A DNA stretch of 64,000 nt from assembly GCA_040954595.2 (NCBI GenBank), contig CM082596.2, positions 6,956,791 through 7,020,790 on the forward strand, read 5' to 3'. Under the pieces are notes generated by a model. It searched no databases and was not told the origin of the DNA. It saw only the letters and a list, made by a program, of their open reading frames with translations. Below are positions 52,101-64,000 of this stretch, one piece after another; the first letter of the stretch is position 1, and every line of letters starts with the position of its first letter. This stretch comes from Balanoglossus misakiensis. Its lineage: Eukaryota; Animalia; Hemichordata. The translations under genes and the position numbers were made by a program.

Positions 52101-53643
52101 ATTAAATTAGGTTACTGATGGGTATTACACAAACATATTATCAACCTGTGATTGTGACTGTAGACTTTGATGTGAACAAGTTAAATAATAAAACGGTGCC
52201 ACACCCGTTTATTCATGCGTACATTGCAAGAGTACACAGCTGTAAAGTTATGTGCACAAGGTATAAGAACACCATAGTAACGACGGTAGGACTGGCGTAT
52301 AACGATATTTTCATTGGTGTATCATTACTTTAAATCTCGCGCGTGGAGGGACTGTAATCTCGCGGTCTTCGCGTGGTCTGCAATGTTTACGTGAGTACAA
52401 GTCACCTCAGTGACATTTTGTATGTGAGAAATCGTTAACACATTTGGCACCACATTCTCAGAAACAAGCCGTGGTTTGGTTTCAGCTTGTCATTAAGACT
52501 GATATCCTAAGGCCATTCACCCTGGCGGGATCTACATAATAAACACTGGTCCGCAAGTTACACGGTTTACTGAAGGAGACTGCAAGAAGTGAATGTACAT
52601 CAAAACGGTTGTTATCCCGCCGTCTACAATTTCCCAAACAGACTTCAAGTACCCGTTTTGCTTGAATTTATCTCCTGAGATTTTCGTCACGTCAGTTCAC
52701 TTGATAAACATCGTCGATACATCATCCAGCGAGAGAACTCAGAGTGGCCCATCAACGCAGAGATAACACCATAACTCTTCGCGGAAGTGGCAGTTCTACT
52801 TGTTTATAGGGGCTTTTAAAAAGCGTCGTGAAAACAGCACAAGCTATTAACACCGACAAAATGCTTTCAGTAATGTCCTCGCTCTTCACAAGATATGCGG
52901 AATTAAGTCGATAACACGGTGGCGGAGATCTGACCAAATTACCCCCCGACCCTACCTGACGCCGTTGAGCAAATACCTGTACCTTTAGTAAAGGTACGCA
53001 GTTTATTCACGGCCGTGCGTGACTCATTAACTCTAAGAGGTGAATTAAACGTTTACAAGCATTTAGACAGCATAAATTTAAAGATATAGTTTTGCTGCGC
53101 CTTTTCGGCTGTGCCTTTTCTCGCAATTCTAACAGCGGGCGTAGACATTGTTTCTCGAAATAGAAAGTTAACCAATTAATGCAATTTCCGAGTCTCGTGA
53201 TAACAGAAGGGAAACTACAATTCCTAGCCTTTGGTGTCACGTGGATCCTGTTACCGCGCAGATGCGTTTCGTTTTTGTGGCAAGAGAATATTGCTTAAAT
53301 TTTAAGTTAAGATTAAAGGGAAAACAAACTCTGCAGAAGAACCTCGAATTACATAGTCTTCGGTTACCCCTTTATGAAAAATAAATCTCCCCCCCCCCCC
53401 CTAGCGACCTGGGGCGTGTGGAGGTACATATTCAAAAAGCAATAATGACATGCCCTAAGCGTTCCGTTCTTACCTTTCCAGATCTATCGGAAGTGTTGAC
53501 TTCGTCCTTGTCCAAACCGTTCTTGATCAATTCTTCGAGTTTCTGCTCGTCGCAGTCTTGACAGGCGCGCAGAAACGCCGAGCGAGGCCTGTCGTCTCCC
53601 TGATGCTCGCGATCTCGCCGGCAATCGTCTCGATCAACCGTCT
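43113..53643 (-). CDS. ANKRD33B: Ankyrin repeat protein, ANKRD33/ANKRD33B-like; 5 exons seen, start codon exon not identified
   Basis: Exons 53643-53474, 45400-45268, 44616-44476, 44048-43564 and 43265-43113 (TGA) are phase-consistent. Protein: EVNTSDRSGK|TGLAYACSQGF..DINHADNEGTTPLMFASQAG|HWDVVNYLLANY..GFTALIKAAIQGR..LVLSG|ASAHLRDYRRGFCAAEWAEFCGR..VVPK|VMVTK, colinear with the ANKRD33B ankyrin region. AATAAA (minus) at 42477-42482. Confidence 0.82.
44156..44302. repeat. (CATA)n microsatellite
   Basis: Direct reading. Confidence 0.95.
47556..47636. mobile_element. 81-bp hairpin MITE with 9-bp TSD
   Basis: TAGACCAGTGTGTTTTAGATATATAGAAATTCT-ACAC-AGAATTTCTATATATCTAAAACACACTGGTCT-GGGCCCAGGCTA, flanked by ATATAATGG at 47547-47555 and 47637-47645. 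Confidence 0.85.
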
Positions 53644-54359
53644 CTGAAATTAGACGAAAATAAAACTCATCTTAGCTGAGCAGTGATGATTGTACAGGTA
53701 CCAAAATACATTTATTTTCGTGTCTTGTGCGGTAAGATGCCCAAGTAATGAGTATCGACTTCAAAATTGGTTGCAAATTAACATAACCCAATGCGCCATT
53801 TTTAAAATGACACATTACCTGGTTTATCCGTCGGGCTAACTATCCCATTGTACAGTACTTTTCAAATGAATTGTAAATGTAAGCATTCAGCTAAGACATG
53901 GGTTTTCAGTCATTTTCTTTCCGCAAACAATAAGACAGAGAACAGACACCTCGCCAAGACATGACAGAGTATAGTTTGAAAGAGAGAATGAAAAGATAGC
54001 GTCCACGTAAAAGATTCCTCGCGTTAATACGCGAACCACCCGCCGGTGCTTGGCATTTGAATCGAACGACCATGCGTAGTTTCCGAAACATTAAACCGGC
54101 ACATATTGCGGAGAGAGAGCGACATTTTCTCCTCGGGGCTTCGCGGGAGAAGGAGGTAAACTGGTACCCTTTAGCGCGATCGCTAAAGCCCGCCCACTTC
54201 TCATGGGATTTCCCTTATCGGTTGACGGTGTCACGTTTTTCTTCATCTCGAAGGATTCGAATCCATTTGTATCCATTAACAGAGTTGGCTATGAGGAAGG
54301 AGTACAAATCATTCATATTTTAGCTTTTATTCGCCCCAAATAACCGCAAATCTTAACAA

Positions 54360-54465
54360 ATGTATGTATGTATGTATGTATGTATGTATGTATGTATGTA
54401 TGTATGTATGTATGTATGTATGTATGTATGTATGTATGTATGTATGTATGTATGTATGTATGTAT
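54360..54465. repeat. (TATG)n microsatellite
   Basis: Direct reading. Confidence 0.95.
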
Positions 54466-57400
54466 TCGTGTGGTCGGCGAGGGCGCTTTTCGCGATATTC
54501 CGACTCCACAACCTTGTACAGGATACTTGCATTATCTAACATGAAGGGGGAGATGATAACCTCTGGAAATTACGAGCAATTGCTACTTTTATTGCTGCCG
54601 ACCCGTCTTTGATGCATCACATACCTCAGTTCGTACAGACAACATTTTGGTGTACTATTCATGGCCGCCATCTTTGGCCTCAATTCGAAATTGAAAGTTG
54701 GTCGGGTGACAAGATAAGGCTTGAGCTGGCGTCTTAATAATGCTCCACGGTCAAACGTCTTTGCATATCTGACAGATGTTCCTCGCAAGCGATTGAAGTT
54801 CGAAGAACGCGGTGGCGGTAAAGGAAGGGTTTACCTGCAGGGCACGATCTTTCACGGTTTAATGTGGTGTGGCTCTGCGCGGCTTTGAAGTATATATAAG
54901 CTTCAATATACGGGCAGATAGAATTCACTGAAAAGGGCAAACGTGACTCTGATTGAAAACATCAGCCCAGGCATCATGCAAGACACGCGGACAATTCCTT
55001 GAAAACGGTTTCGATGAAATGCAGTTTAAGAAAACTTCACCAATCGATTTAAACAACAAACGTGGCTGACAAAAAATATAAATATGACGAAATTTTCTCG
55101 TTCTCTCCGAGGTTGTAAACCTAAGCCAAGCATTTCCACTGTTCAAGCGTGCAAATGACTCAAAGTGCACGATTTTGATCACTGGCTACGAAATAAAAAC
55201 CAGTTCATATTGTGGAAACGCGGATTTCAAACGAGATATCCTATACCCGTGGGCTGACGTTGGCAATGGTTATTGATTTACTCCTAGCGCGATCAGTTTA
55301 CCCCGATTTCATTTGTGAGAGTGTCTTGGCATTGGACAAGGCAGTGTTTGCGCGAATCCGGTGACTGGTGGGCGGCAGAATGGAATTATCTCTAGGTCAA
55401 GGGAACACAATCAACGACCCTTCTTCCATGGCAACTTCAGAACAATGTAATTACAGCGCAATAGTGCAAGGGCTTTTACTCATGTGGAAAAAAACGACGG
55501 GTGTTATTCGGATTTCTTTTCTTCTGAGTAATTGGTGTGCAGAAGTTTAGTATCGAAGATGCATATTTTCATTAACGCCACCTCAGTAAATTAACAGCAA
55601 ATGGGGGCGATTTCAAATACCCCTGTATATAGCATTATACACAACAAATAAAATCAAGCGAAGGGAATAAACCACTGCGCTCGATAGCACTTGATTTCAC
55701 CACGACAGATTCCAAGCATTCGGAGTTTCTGCCACCGATAAACATAATTTTTCTGACGTGCACAATCCAAGGTGGCCGAGACAAAAGACAAGAACGCCCA
55801 ACACAATGACGTAGTAAATCCTGTGCTCTCTTGGGATGAAATACACGATATTCATCATTTCTGCAGGAACGTGCGTTCAGCTGTTCAGAGCCAGGACTGT
55901 GCCCGGGGCAGTGTTTACCGAGAGAGATGGAAAAACGCACAGACATGGCCGGTCGGATGTCAGCGCCAATCATAATATGTAACTAACAGCCGCGGATCAC
56001 CAGGAAGCGGTTAAAATCGATCTACCCCGGGCTGTCTCTGAACACGAACAACCACGACAGGCAGCCAATCAACTATATGCCGAATATGGAATATACTCTC
56101 ATGGACAGCGACATGTCTTTCTTCCTGAAATGCGCAAATCCTGCGTTGTCTGCGCTGAGACGTCGCCATGTTGGCGGTGTTTAATTAGTACGTCTGGTTT
56201 GAAATATTCTATTTTTATGGGGACGTTATTAATTAATGATATTAAAAGAATGATCACATTGTGTTTTCAATCTAAGTATTTACAAGCTGTAGTCTCTCCA
56301 AAATTGCATTTGATGAACATACTATACTGAGAGGGATGTAAAGATCAAAATTATTAATCCATTGCTCATCCTATATATTCTACTAAGACTGCAAATGAGC
56401 AAACTTTTTAAGAGCTAAACGAGAAAATCAGAATTCGTCAAAATATAATGTTTATTTCCCCGAAGACCATTAGCTAAAATAAACTGCAAATCTGGGTTAA
56501 TGAAATATGTCTAAAACGGCGTCAACTCGACTGTCTAGTGTAGAATGCCTTGTTTCTTGAATACAAGAAAAATACGGACGAGAAAATGCTGTCGTTGCAA
56601 TGCGCCGATGTATCCCCCGCTGTTTCAATTAATAACTGAGAAATATTCGAGCGGGAAAATGACGTGAAAACAATTACAGGTACGTCAACGTGATCATTAA
56701 TCACCGGTTTATGAAGCCAGGGTCGGAAAACATTAAATTTACTATCGGAACCTAGTGCATGTAAGTATCGCTACCGGCGCTGGGCACGTTATTACGACCA
56801 ACAACAATGCATCATATATGCTTCAGACGGATAGCAATAATAACCCAGAATATTATGTCAATATTACATCATCGCATAATCACAATTCTCTTCAAATTCC
56901 ATGGCAACCGGCAGATCATTCCAGAGTGCGCCTATATCTAGTTAAATTGCCTCGGTAGATAAACATGAATTGCGAAGATCTATCGCTATACATCTAAATA
57001 ATTTCTTTCAAATAAAATAGAACCCTATCATATACAATTTTGATAGTTATCAGGAGAATTATAAATTACTACGGGCAACGATGGGGATGATTACAGAAGT
57101 CTAGCCGGGATGTCGGAATACATGGACTGGTTTCTGAGTCGTCGGCCTGACTACAAGACAGTTTAAGCATCTTATAGTCATTATATAGCAAATAGAGACC
57201 ATTTTCTACGTGATTATATATTAATATGATCAGCCGTAGAAACCATTCAGGTTCAAAGCAGCCCCGAAAGTCTGCGCCGAAACCGATGGAATAATGTCGT
57301 AATTGTCGATTCTTAGACTCGATATTTTCATCACATTAGAATTATGACGCGACAAAAATTGACGACTTCAGTCTCCTCATTGTGGTCCGGCATGTTTTGA

Positions 57401-60400
57401 TTTCATCCCAATTTCATCACCATCAACGCAGAGTTCAACGCCGCTCAGAATGCCATCAATAGCGCTGCAGATGACGTCAATGTCATGAAATTCAGCGAAT
57501 CAGAACATCAATCCGCATTAGTAATCACACTCCTCTCAAACCACACTACAAACCAATCCAACATGTAGAGATGCGAAAACGAAAACGTCTGGGGATTTCT
57601 AATTTTGTCGGCAAAGGGGAGATCTCGACAGGTAATTGATCGGTCTGTGTACCTAGCATCCCCCTGGAGTGCAACGGGTTCGCCTAACCACGGAATTTCC
57701 TTTGAAATGATAACCACCGCAACGGAGAGAGCATTCGTGATCGAAAGGTATCAGCCTGAAAGACATGACTGTATGCCTGAATGGATGGCAGAAACAGGCC
57801 CATACAGTATTCAACTCAAAACGCCACACGTTAAGATCGCTCTATGTATAAATACCCCCGTGCTCGTGAAAATAAGCGGGCTCGCCACAGACTATGTACA
57901 AGGGGTTTTCCCCGGACCCTCTAGTGCCCTGTGTGAATAATTATACACAAGAAACCATCGAGGCAAGTGCGCATGCCCAAGTGGTCTAATTATGTAATAT
58001 TTGATAGCCATACACTTTCAAGTACTATAGTTCATATCCAGGCTACGCGTATACATGTCCTGTTTGCAATGCACTTTTCTCCAACAAGCAAGTGCCCTGA
58101 ACACAGAAACCCCCGCATAAATCAATCAAGAAGTCAATTGCACTATATCCGGCTGAAGTCTGACATAAGCCAGAATATAAAAAAAAGGAATACAGGAAGC
58201 CAAACACGCGCATTAGCAGTAGAGATTAAGATGTACGTCTCGGCCCTGGAAAATATGAGCAACCGACAAAGGCAGTAGAGGTAACCAAAACAGATTCCAA
58301 TGAAACTGTTAATCATTATTAATGCTGAATAATTAGGAATTAATGACGAATGACATGATGAATTCAATCTAACATAATATTTTGCATCAAGGACGCCAGT
58401 GAATCATGTGAATAGTTCAATGCCTATAAACCAAAAGACTTTTTTGTGTTCAGTCGATTCTATGAATATTGAAGGTACTTCACCCGCATTGTCCTTGCTC
58501 GGTTTATTAATCACGTGACTTAATTTCGCTTAAAATAACCAAACTTGCTAAATAATTTCTTGCTTTATAACATCTGACCTGAAGGTGTTTTATTTTTAAC
58601 TTTTGTGCCAATCGCTAATTAAATCGCGGGTCAGGTATGTAGGATGGTAAAAATCATTGCTTGCTTTCAGTCAGAACAATACGTGTGAAATCAAATCAGG
58701 ATATTTGGGGGCCTAGATAAATCAGGTTGTGTTTTATCCTTGAATAGCTCGTGAATAAAAAATGACATTATTAATGGCTGCCACTTAGCCAGCTTTCTGA
58801 TCCCCAGGGAAACCGAATGTTGTTTCATTAGGTATATGGATTTCTGGAGACATCCGCCGACAAAATACTATTGTCCGTGATATGACGGAAATCAATTATT
58901 CTCAGGAGTTCATGTTCATGACAGACTATGAACAGTCTTTACAACCTCCCTCGAAGAGACACGCTCGCCATATGGAAGTGATTCTCCGCAAAGGGAGTAT
59001 CATTCAGTTCTACGAATCTGCTTGTTTTTTTCCAGAACGGGTTATATGATTGCAGTGTTGTTGGAATCACGGCGGCTAATTTCGCGCATCTAGCGAACTT
59101 AACCCATGGGCATACAGTACCCTGTGTGTGATTGGTTGGTTTTTCTTTGAGTTTCATTGTTCAGCAGTCAATTAGACTGGCTTCTTTTACTATAGTTATA
59201 TCCACATGCAAAGCAAAAAAGCAAGCGGTTAAGTATACGTGTCGAACCCTATATCGTCGTTCCTCGCAGGAATCATTAAAATACCGTATTTTATACAAAT
59301 GTTTCCGCGTCGGTCTCTTCGCAATTTCTGGTTCACGAATCCTCACGTTCGACTCGACCTTCACGGGAAGCCGAGGGCGGTGATCACGACTCCGCCGTGT
59401 GCAGAATAACGCATCGATAGGGATTGTCCGTCCCAGTCAAAAGTTTAACCCCCTCATTTCACTAATTGCCCGTTTTATTGCACCTTGGCAGGATTCATCC
59501 TCTCCATCATCAAAAGACAACAATTAATCGGATAAGTTGCAAGCACTCATACGCACGCACGTGGGCGGACAGGACCGATCGACGCATGGAAGCGTGTCTA
59601 GCCGACCGAAAAAAATAACAACTTACATTACGCCCTTTATGAGCAATTTAGTTTGATAGATACCCCAACACCGTGACATATTACGCCCGGATAATTAACA
59701 AATAACCGCTCTGGTTCTTAAAGCACCACGCGCAACACCCAGGTAGTTTCGCCCCCACAGAAATAAATGGTGATGTCCCAGACCTATATAAGGTACTGGA
59801 AAGCTTTATACGCGCGTTATGCCCTGGGCTTTTTGTATATTCTCAATTGGAATTTTACTGACGTGGAAAAGAACATCAAGGAGCAAGCGCTCTAATTATC
59901 TCCAGTTATAGTACGCCAGGCCCAATGTATTTGCAGTCACAAAAATCCAGATGGATGAAAAATAAATCCCTCGGCATATATGGGTAAAACTCCCCAAGCG
60001 GTCTCGCCGTGGCCCGCGGTCATAGCCGAGCAATTGGTAATTAATTATTCAAATACCCGGCAGGCTCTGCAAGTCTCGTTTCCTGCAGGTACGGGGGGGA
60101 TTTGAAAACGTAATCGTCAATTACATGTAGAACAAACCCTCTTACGGGGAAAATCTTCTCTGAAGTATATGAGTGAATAAATGCACTCATGAATAAAGGA
60201 TCCGATTTAATTTGCTTTCGAGCTCTTGGGGCCTTATTAGTCAAGACAAATTACATGTACATCGATGCTGCTGTTTGTCTGTCCGTTTCTCTCTATGTCT
60301 GTCCGTCTGTCTGTCTGTCTGACATGTCTGGCTGTCTATCTGCCTGCCTGACTGGGTATATTTATAACAACATATATTTAAAGCTCATGAACTCTAACTT

Positions 60401-61847
60401 TTGGCAATTTTATCAGTATTATTTTACTATGTACCAACTCCAATTACTCGACAACGCCTGTATACGTAAATGAGTAACGGCCATTGTCGTGAAATGAATT
60501 AAAGTCCGGACTTGAATGAATTCCATTTTCAACAATAATAATGCTGATTACAACAAAATACCTATTACTATGGCAAGGCAATTTGCGTTTATTCTAAGAT
60601 ACATAAGCAAATGCCCCCTCCCCCTCCCCCTCCCCCGCCTGCTTTGTGATTTCTCCCCCACCCATATCATGGCTGTAAGTGCTGGTCTGCAATTATCAGA
60701 TGGACAGAGGAGGTTTAGTATATTCAGCTCCGCGTCATCAGCAGCAGGAGTTTTGCTCGTGTGCAGAACACGGCTGACTGGCGCCGCACTGTCTCAGAAG
60801 CAATACTCTGACACGGTGTTCGTGGGTATAGCACATAATCCATTGTATTCGTCCTTTTTCATCATCCCAGCTACTCTTGGCGTAAGTCGGATTAGACGAA
60901 CGAAAACGTAAATCGCATGTTCAAGTTTTTAAAAGGGTTGTCTTGTTATTTCGCATTAGGGCCAGGAAAAGCAAAAAAAACCTCGACGATGGAATGTTTT
61001 TGCTGGATTAAGCAATCATCGGACGCCCCGGCTAATTCAAGAGTTGAATCACCGTAAAGAATGATGACATCATGAAACAAATTCATAAAATATAAAACGG
61101 CGGGTAACTCACTTAAGCGTCGACGGTTCGCCATGTCTAGTTGATCAGCGTTATATTTGTGTTGAATCAAGACAGGTCGTTTTCTCGGAAAATGATGAGA
61201 GCCCGCTCGACGTAATAACGCAAACTGCCAGCGAACGCAATATCCTCAGCTGATTGCTTGCAATAAATTTCACTACCTACGCCCTCATAGATGATGTTGT
61301 GTTAGGCTTATAGCTGCACTGTATAAGAACAGCGATGTCTGGAAATCTTTTTTTACGATGGTCACGGCAGCGACTTCTTTGATGGCACGCGAAGGTAATG
61401 GAGTGGAGCGGTAGTAAAAAATCGACGCGACGAGTGGGCGAACGGCCTGCTTAGGACCACTGTGCAGGTAAAAGTGTTGGAGGTTTCATCCGTTGTGGGG
61501 AATACTTTACTGCAGTGTGCATCATTTTCTCACCAAGGTGGCAGTTGAATACAACGTGACCTTAATAAAAGCCCTGCCTCCCGGAGCAGTAATGATTGCT
61601 ATAGACAACACCACACACGTTGTTAATGGAGTCTTGTGTTATGCACGGTTCACAGAGTGTCTAGCCACGCTTTTTGTGGAACCGATTTCATGTCCTTCTC
61701 GACCTTTTGGCAACATCGCGTTGTAAAGGTCGGCAAACCTCGGGACAAAAAATGCATTTATTCGAAGTGTTGCTCGCACAGTGTGGAGATATTCTCATAA
61801 AATACAGAAGTACAATGATCGAAGATATACGAAAGTATCACAATGTT

Positions 61848-61905
<58 letters not shown>

Positions 61906-61936
61906 ACACCACCACCCCCACCACCACCATCATCAT
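61848..61936. repeat. (ATC)n/(CAC)n trinucleotide microsatellite
   Basis: Direct reading. Confidence 0.93.
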
Positions 61937-64000
61937 TGCGATCTCCAGGCACCTATCGATTGTACCTGTCGTGGGGACATCCGGGACCTCCCCAGCCAGC
62001 CTACATTATTGAGCACCCGGCAGCGGGGGAAATTAATCACGCCAAACAGGCTGCAGGCCATCGTCTGCCCTCTGATGAATAATACATGGGACGTTGCGAA
62101 GCACGATTGAGGCAAACCTATAAGTCTTTGATGTGGACCTCAAGAATTGAAATTACTTTTATTATTAATAGTAATACCTCTCCGCAAATACGTCGTCTTG
62201 GGAATGTAATTGAAAAGGAATGTTCTGAGGAGATCGCTTGACAAGTAAATGATAAATCAAGGCGTACACGAAGGAAAGCGTCCTAGCTTTTTATCTTCCA
62301 ACTACATCAATATGTATCCCACATAGGCGCTGTATTAATCATGCAGATATTGCACAATTGTAATAAGTTATTGATGATACTGTTGCAATCTACGAATGTT
62401 TGATTTTAAATCATTGAATATCAGACTGGATTCGCGTTTAAGGAGAAACGAGAAAACATTAACAGGGTGTCGAGTAAATCACTGAATGAATGATAAAATA
62501 GGAGTGTTATGTTAATTTTTGAGAAAGAGATATTCTTACGAATAAGAGTTCCACTAAGAACGTTTTAATGCAGTGACCTATATGCAAAGTTGAAGGCAAT
62601 GTTTAAAGCAAAGAATCATTCGTGCTGGCAGCATCAGAACAACAACATCGCTAGCAACAGCAACAACAACAACAACAACAACTGACTGACCTATAAGGAG
62701 GATCAATCCTAAAGGATTAAAAGCTAAACAGATCATTTTAAAAACGTGTACGTTTTTTCTTGCATTTTTACTTGAATACTAAATTCGCTATTCGTGGAAC
62801 CATACGTCGCCGGCGACAGCGAAAATGACCTCCATCTCATATAACTTTGACACAATCCAATATGGCCACTCTTGAGCATTTCGTCGTGCGACAGCGACAG
62901 TTATCTCACAACAACACAGAAACCCGATCGCTGCCGTTGCAGCCCTTGTAGGGCAGCGGTGGAGCAGATGCAAGGATTATGTTAGTATACGTGCGTTCTG
63001 CAGATCCCATGACAAGGACGCCAGGGCTCTTGCAGCTGGATCAAAACCCAGCGACACTGGCGGAAACTACAGGATACGTCTTAAAATAATACAGCTCAGT
63101 CTTTTGTGGTAGACGTGATACTTAACCCACACTGACCGTATGCTGAAGGCAGTGTGTTGGATCAGTATTTTGCCATACGGTACATACATCATTTTACAAA
63201 ATACAATACTTTCGTAGTAAATACGACACTGATTTACTGCTCACGTTACCATAGCAATAAGGGAAACACAACACGCGTTTTTAAGAATGCTCGGGCCTAT
63301 TGTCCTGTCGGCGACTGCAAAAAGACTTTGCCAAACACTTACTCTGCATAAATATATCGCCATGACTAATAGGGCACAGTTGGATACCGTGTTCGATTAT
63401 ACGCTCTAAATGCCACATATTGTCCGAGGAAGCGTATAATACTGCTTATTTGTAGTATAACGTTTAGATTTGAAGCCCACCATTAACTAATGCAGTGGAA
63501 CACAGCCATAATATTTTTTGACACGCAAGTTTTCTATGTAAACACTGACATACACATAACTACTCGCTTGTCGTGTCATTGTGGTTGTGAATAATTACTT
63601 GCAAAATAGATTACTTTCCCTCCATTGGAGGAGCACGCGAGATTTGGTTAATTACCGTAGCAACTGGTTGCTGGCTGAGTAATACCAGTCAAGCATTGTA
63701 CGAAACCGAAATAGGAACAGTGTGTAACTTATGTGCCTGTTTATAACACGTTCTTGTTTGTCCTGTGTCACATGAGAATGTCCTCTAATACCTAGTCGCG
63801 CGAGATCTCGCAGGGTCACGCGGAGTTCGGAAAATGGTCTACTGTAAACACAAATCAGTTTCCGGCAAACCTCACTTTCCGGAGAGGTCCAACGGTCGAC
63901 AATAGCGCGATTAATTTTCTGATATAGCAACTGTAGCTCGTATCGGCTGAAATCGCGTCGTTCGAGACGTTTGACGCGTGCTCAATAAATCAATTATGTA

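Noticed and set aside
61674-62110. Poly-His/Ile/Ser/Asp ORFs
   Set aside because: Readings of the (ATC)n microsatellite.
62806-62973. Candidate first exon of the ankyrin gene (GAC|GTATGG donor)
   Set aside because: ATG-initiated frames end in phase 0 or 2; the required phase-1 frame has a nearby upstream stop.

Overview
Eukaryotic (animal) genomic DNA. AT-rich introns, GC-rich exons, spliceosomal GT/GC-AG junctions and the repeat content suggest an invertebrate bilaterian (inference). Spliced genes reconstructed by hand: a 3-exon CYP2-clan cytochrome P450 (-), CWC25 (-, 9 coding exons) head-to-head with DAP/DAP1 (+, 3 coding exons), and a 5'-incomplete ANKRD33/33B-like ankyrin gene (-). The dominant structure is a head-to-tail duplication (3695-20933 and 20933-36546) giving two intact CWC25-DAP pairs. 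The two copies are a patchwork of identical and strongly diverged blocks and differ by a 28-bp minisatellite block and a 98-bp hairpin MITE with a 9-bp TSD. A repeat-dense region (15.4-20.9 kb and 30.8-42 kb) holds many local tandem arrays, fold-back elements, a Crypton-like relic and a chain of cryptic, partly duplicated minus-strand exon modules. I found no prokaryotic features, no CRISPR array and no demonstrably new biological system. The best leads are the duplication, the splice-donor/UGCAUG minisatellite, the TAG..CTA hairpin elements and the cryptic exon chain.
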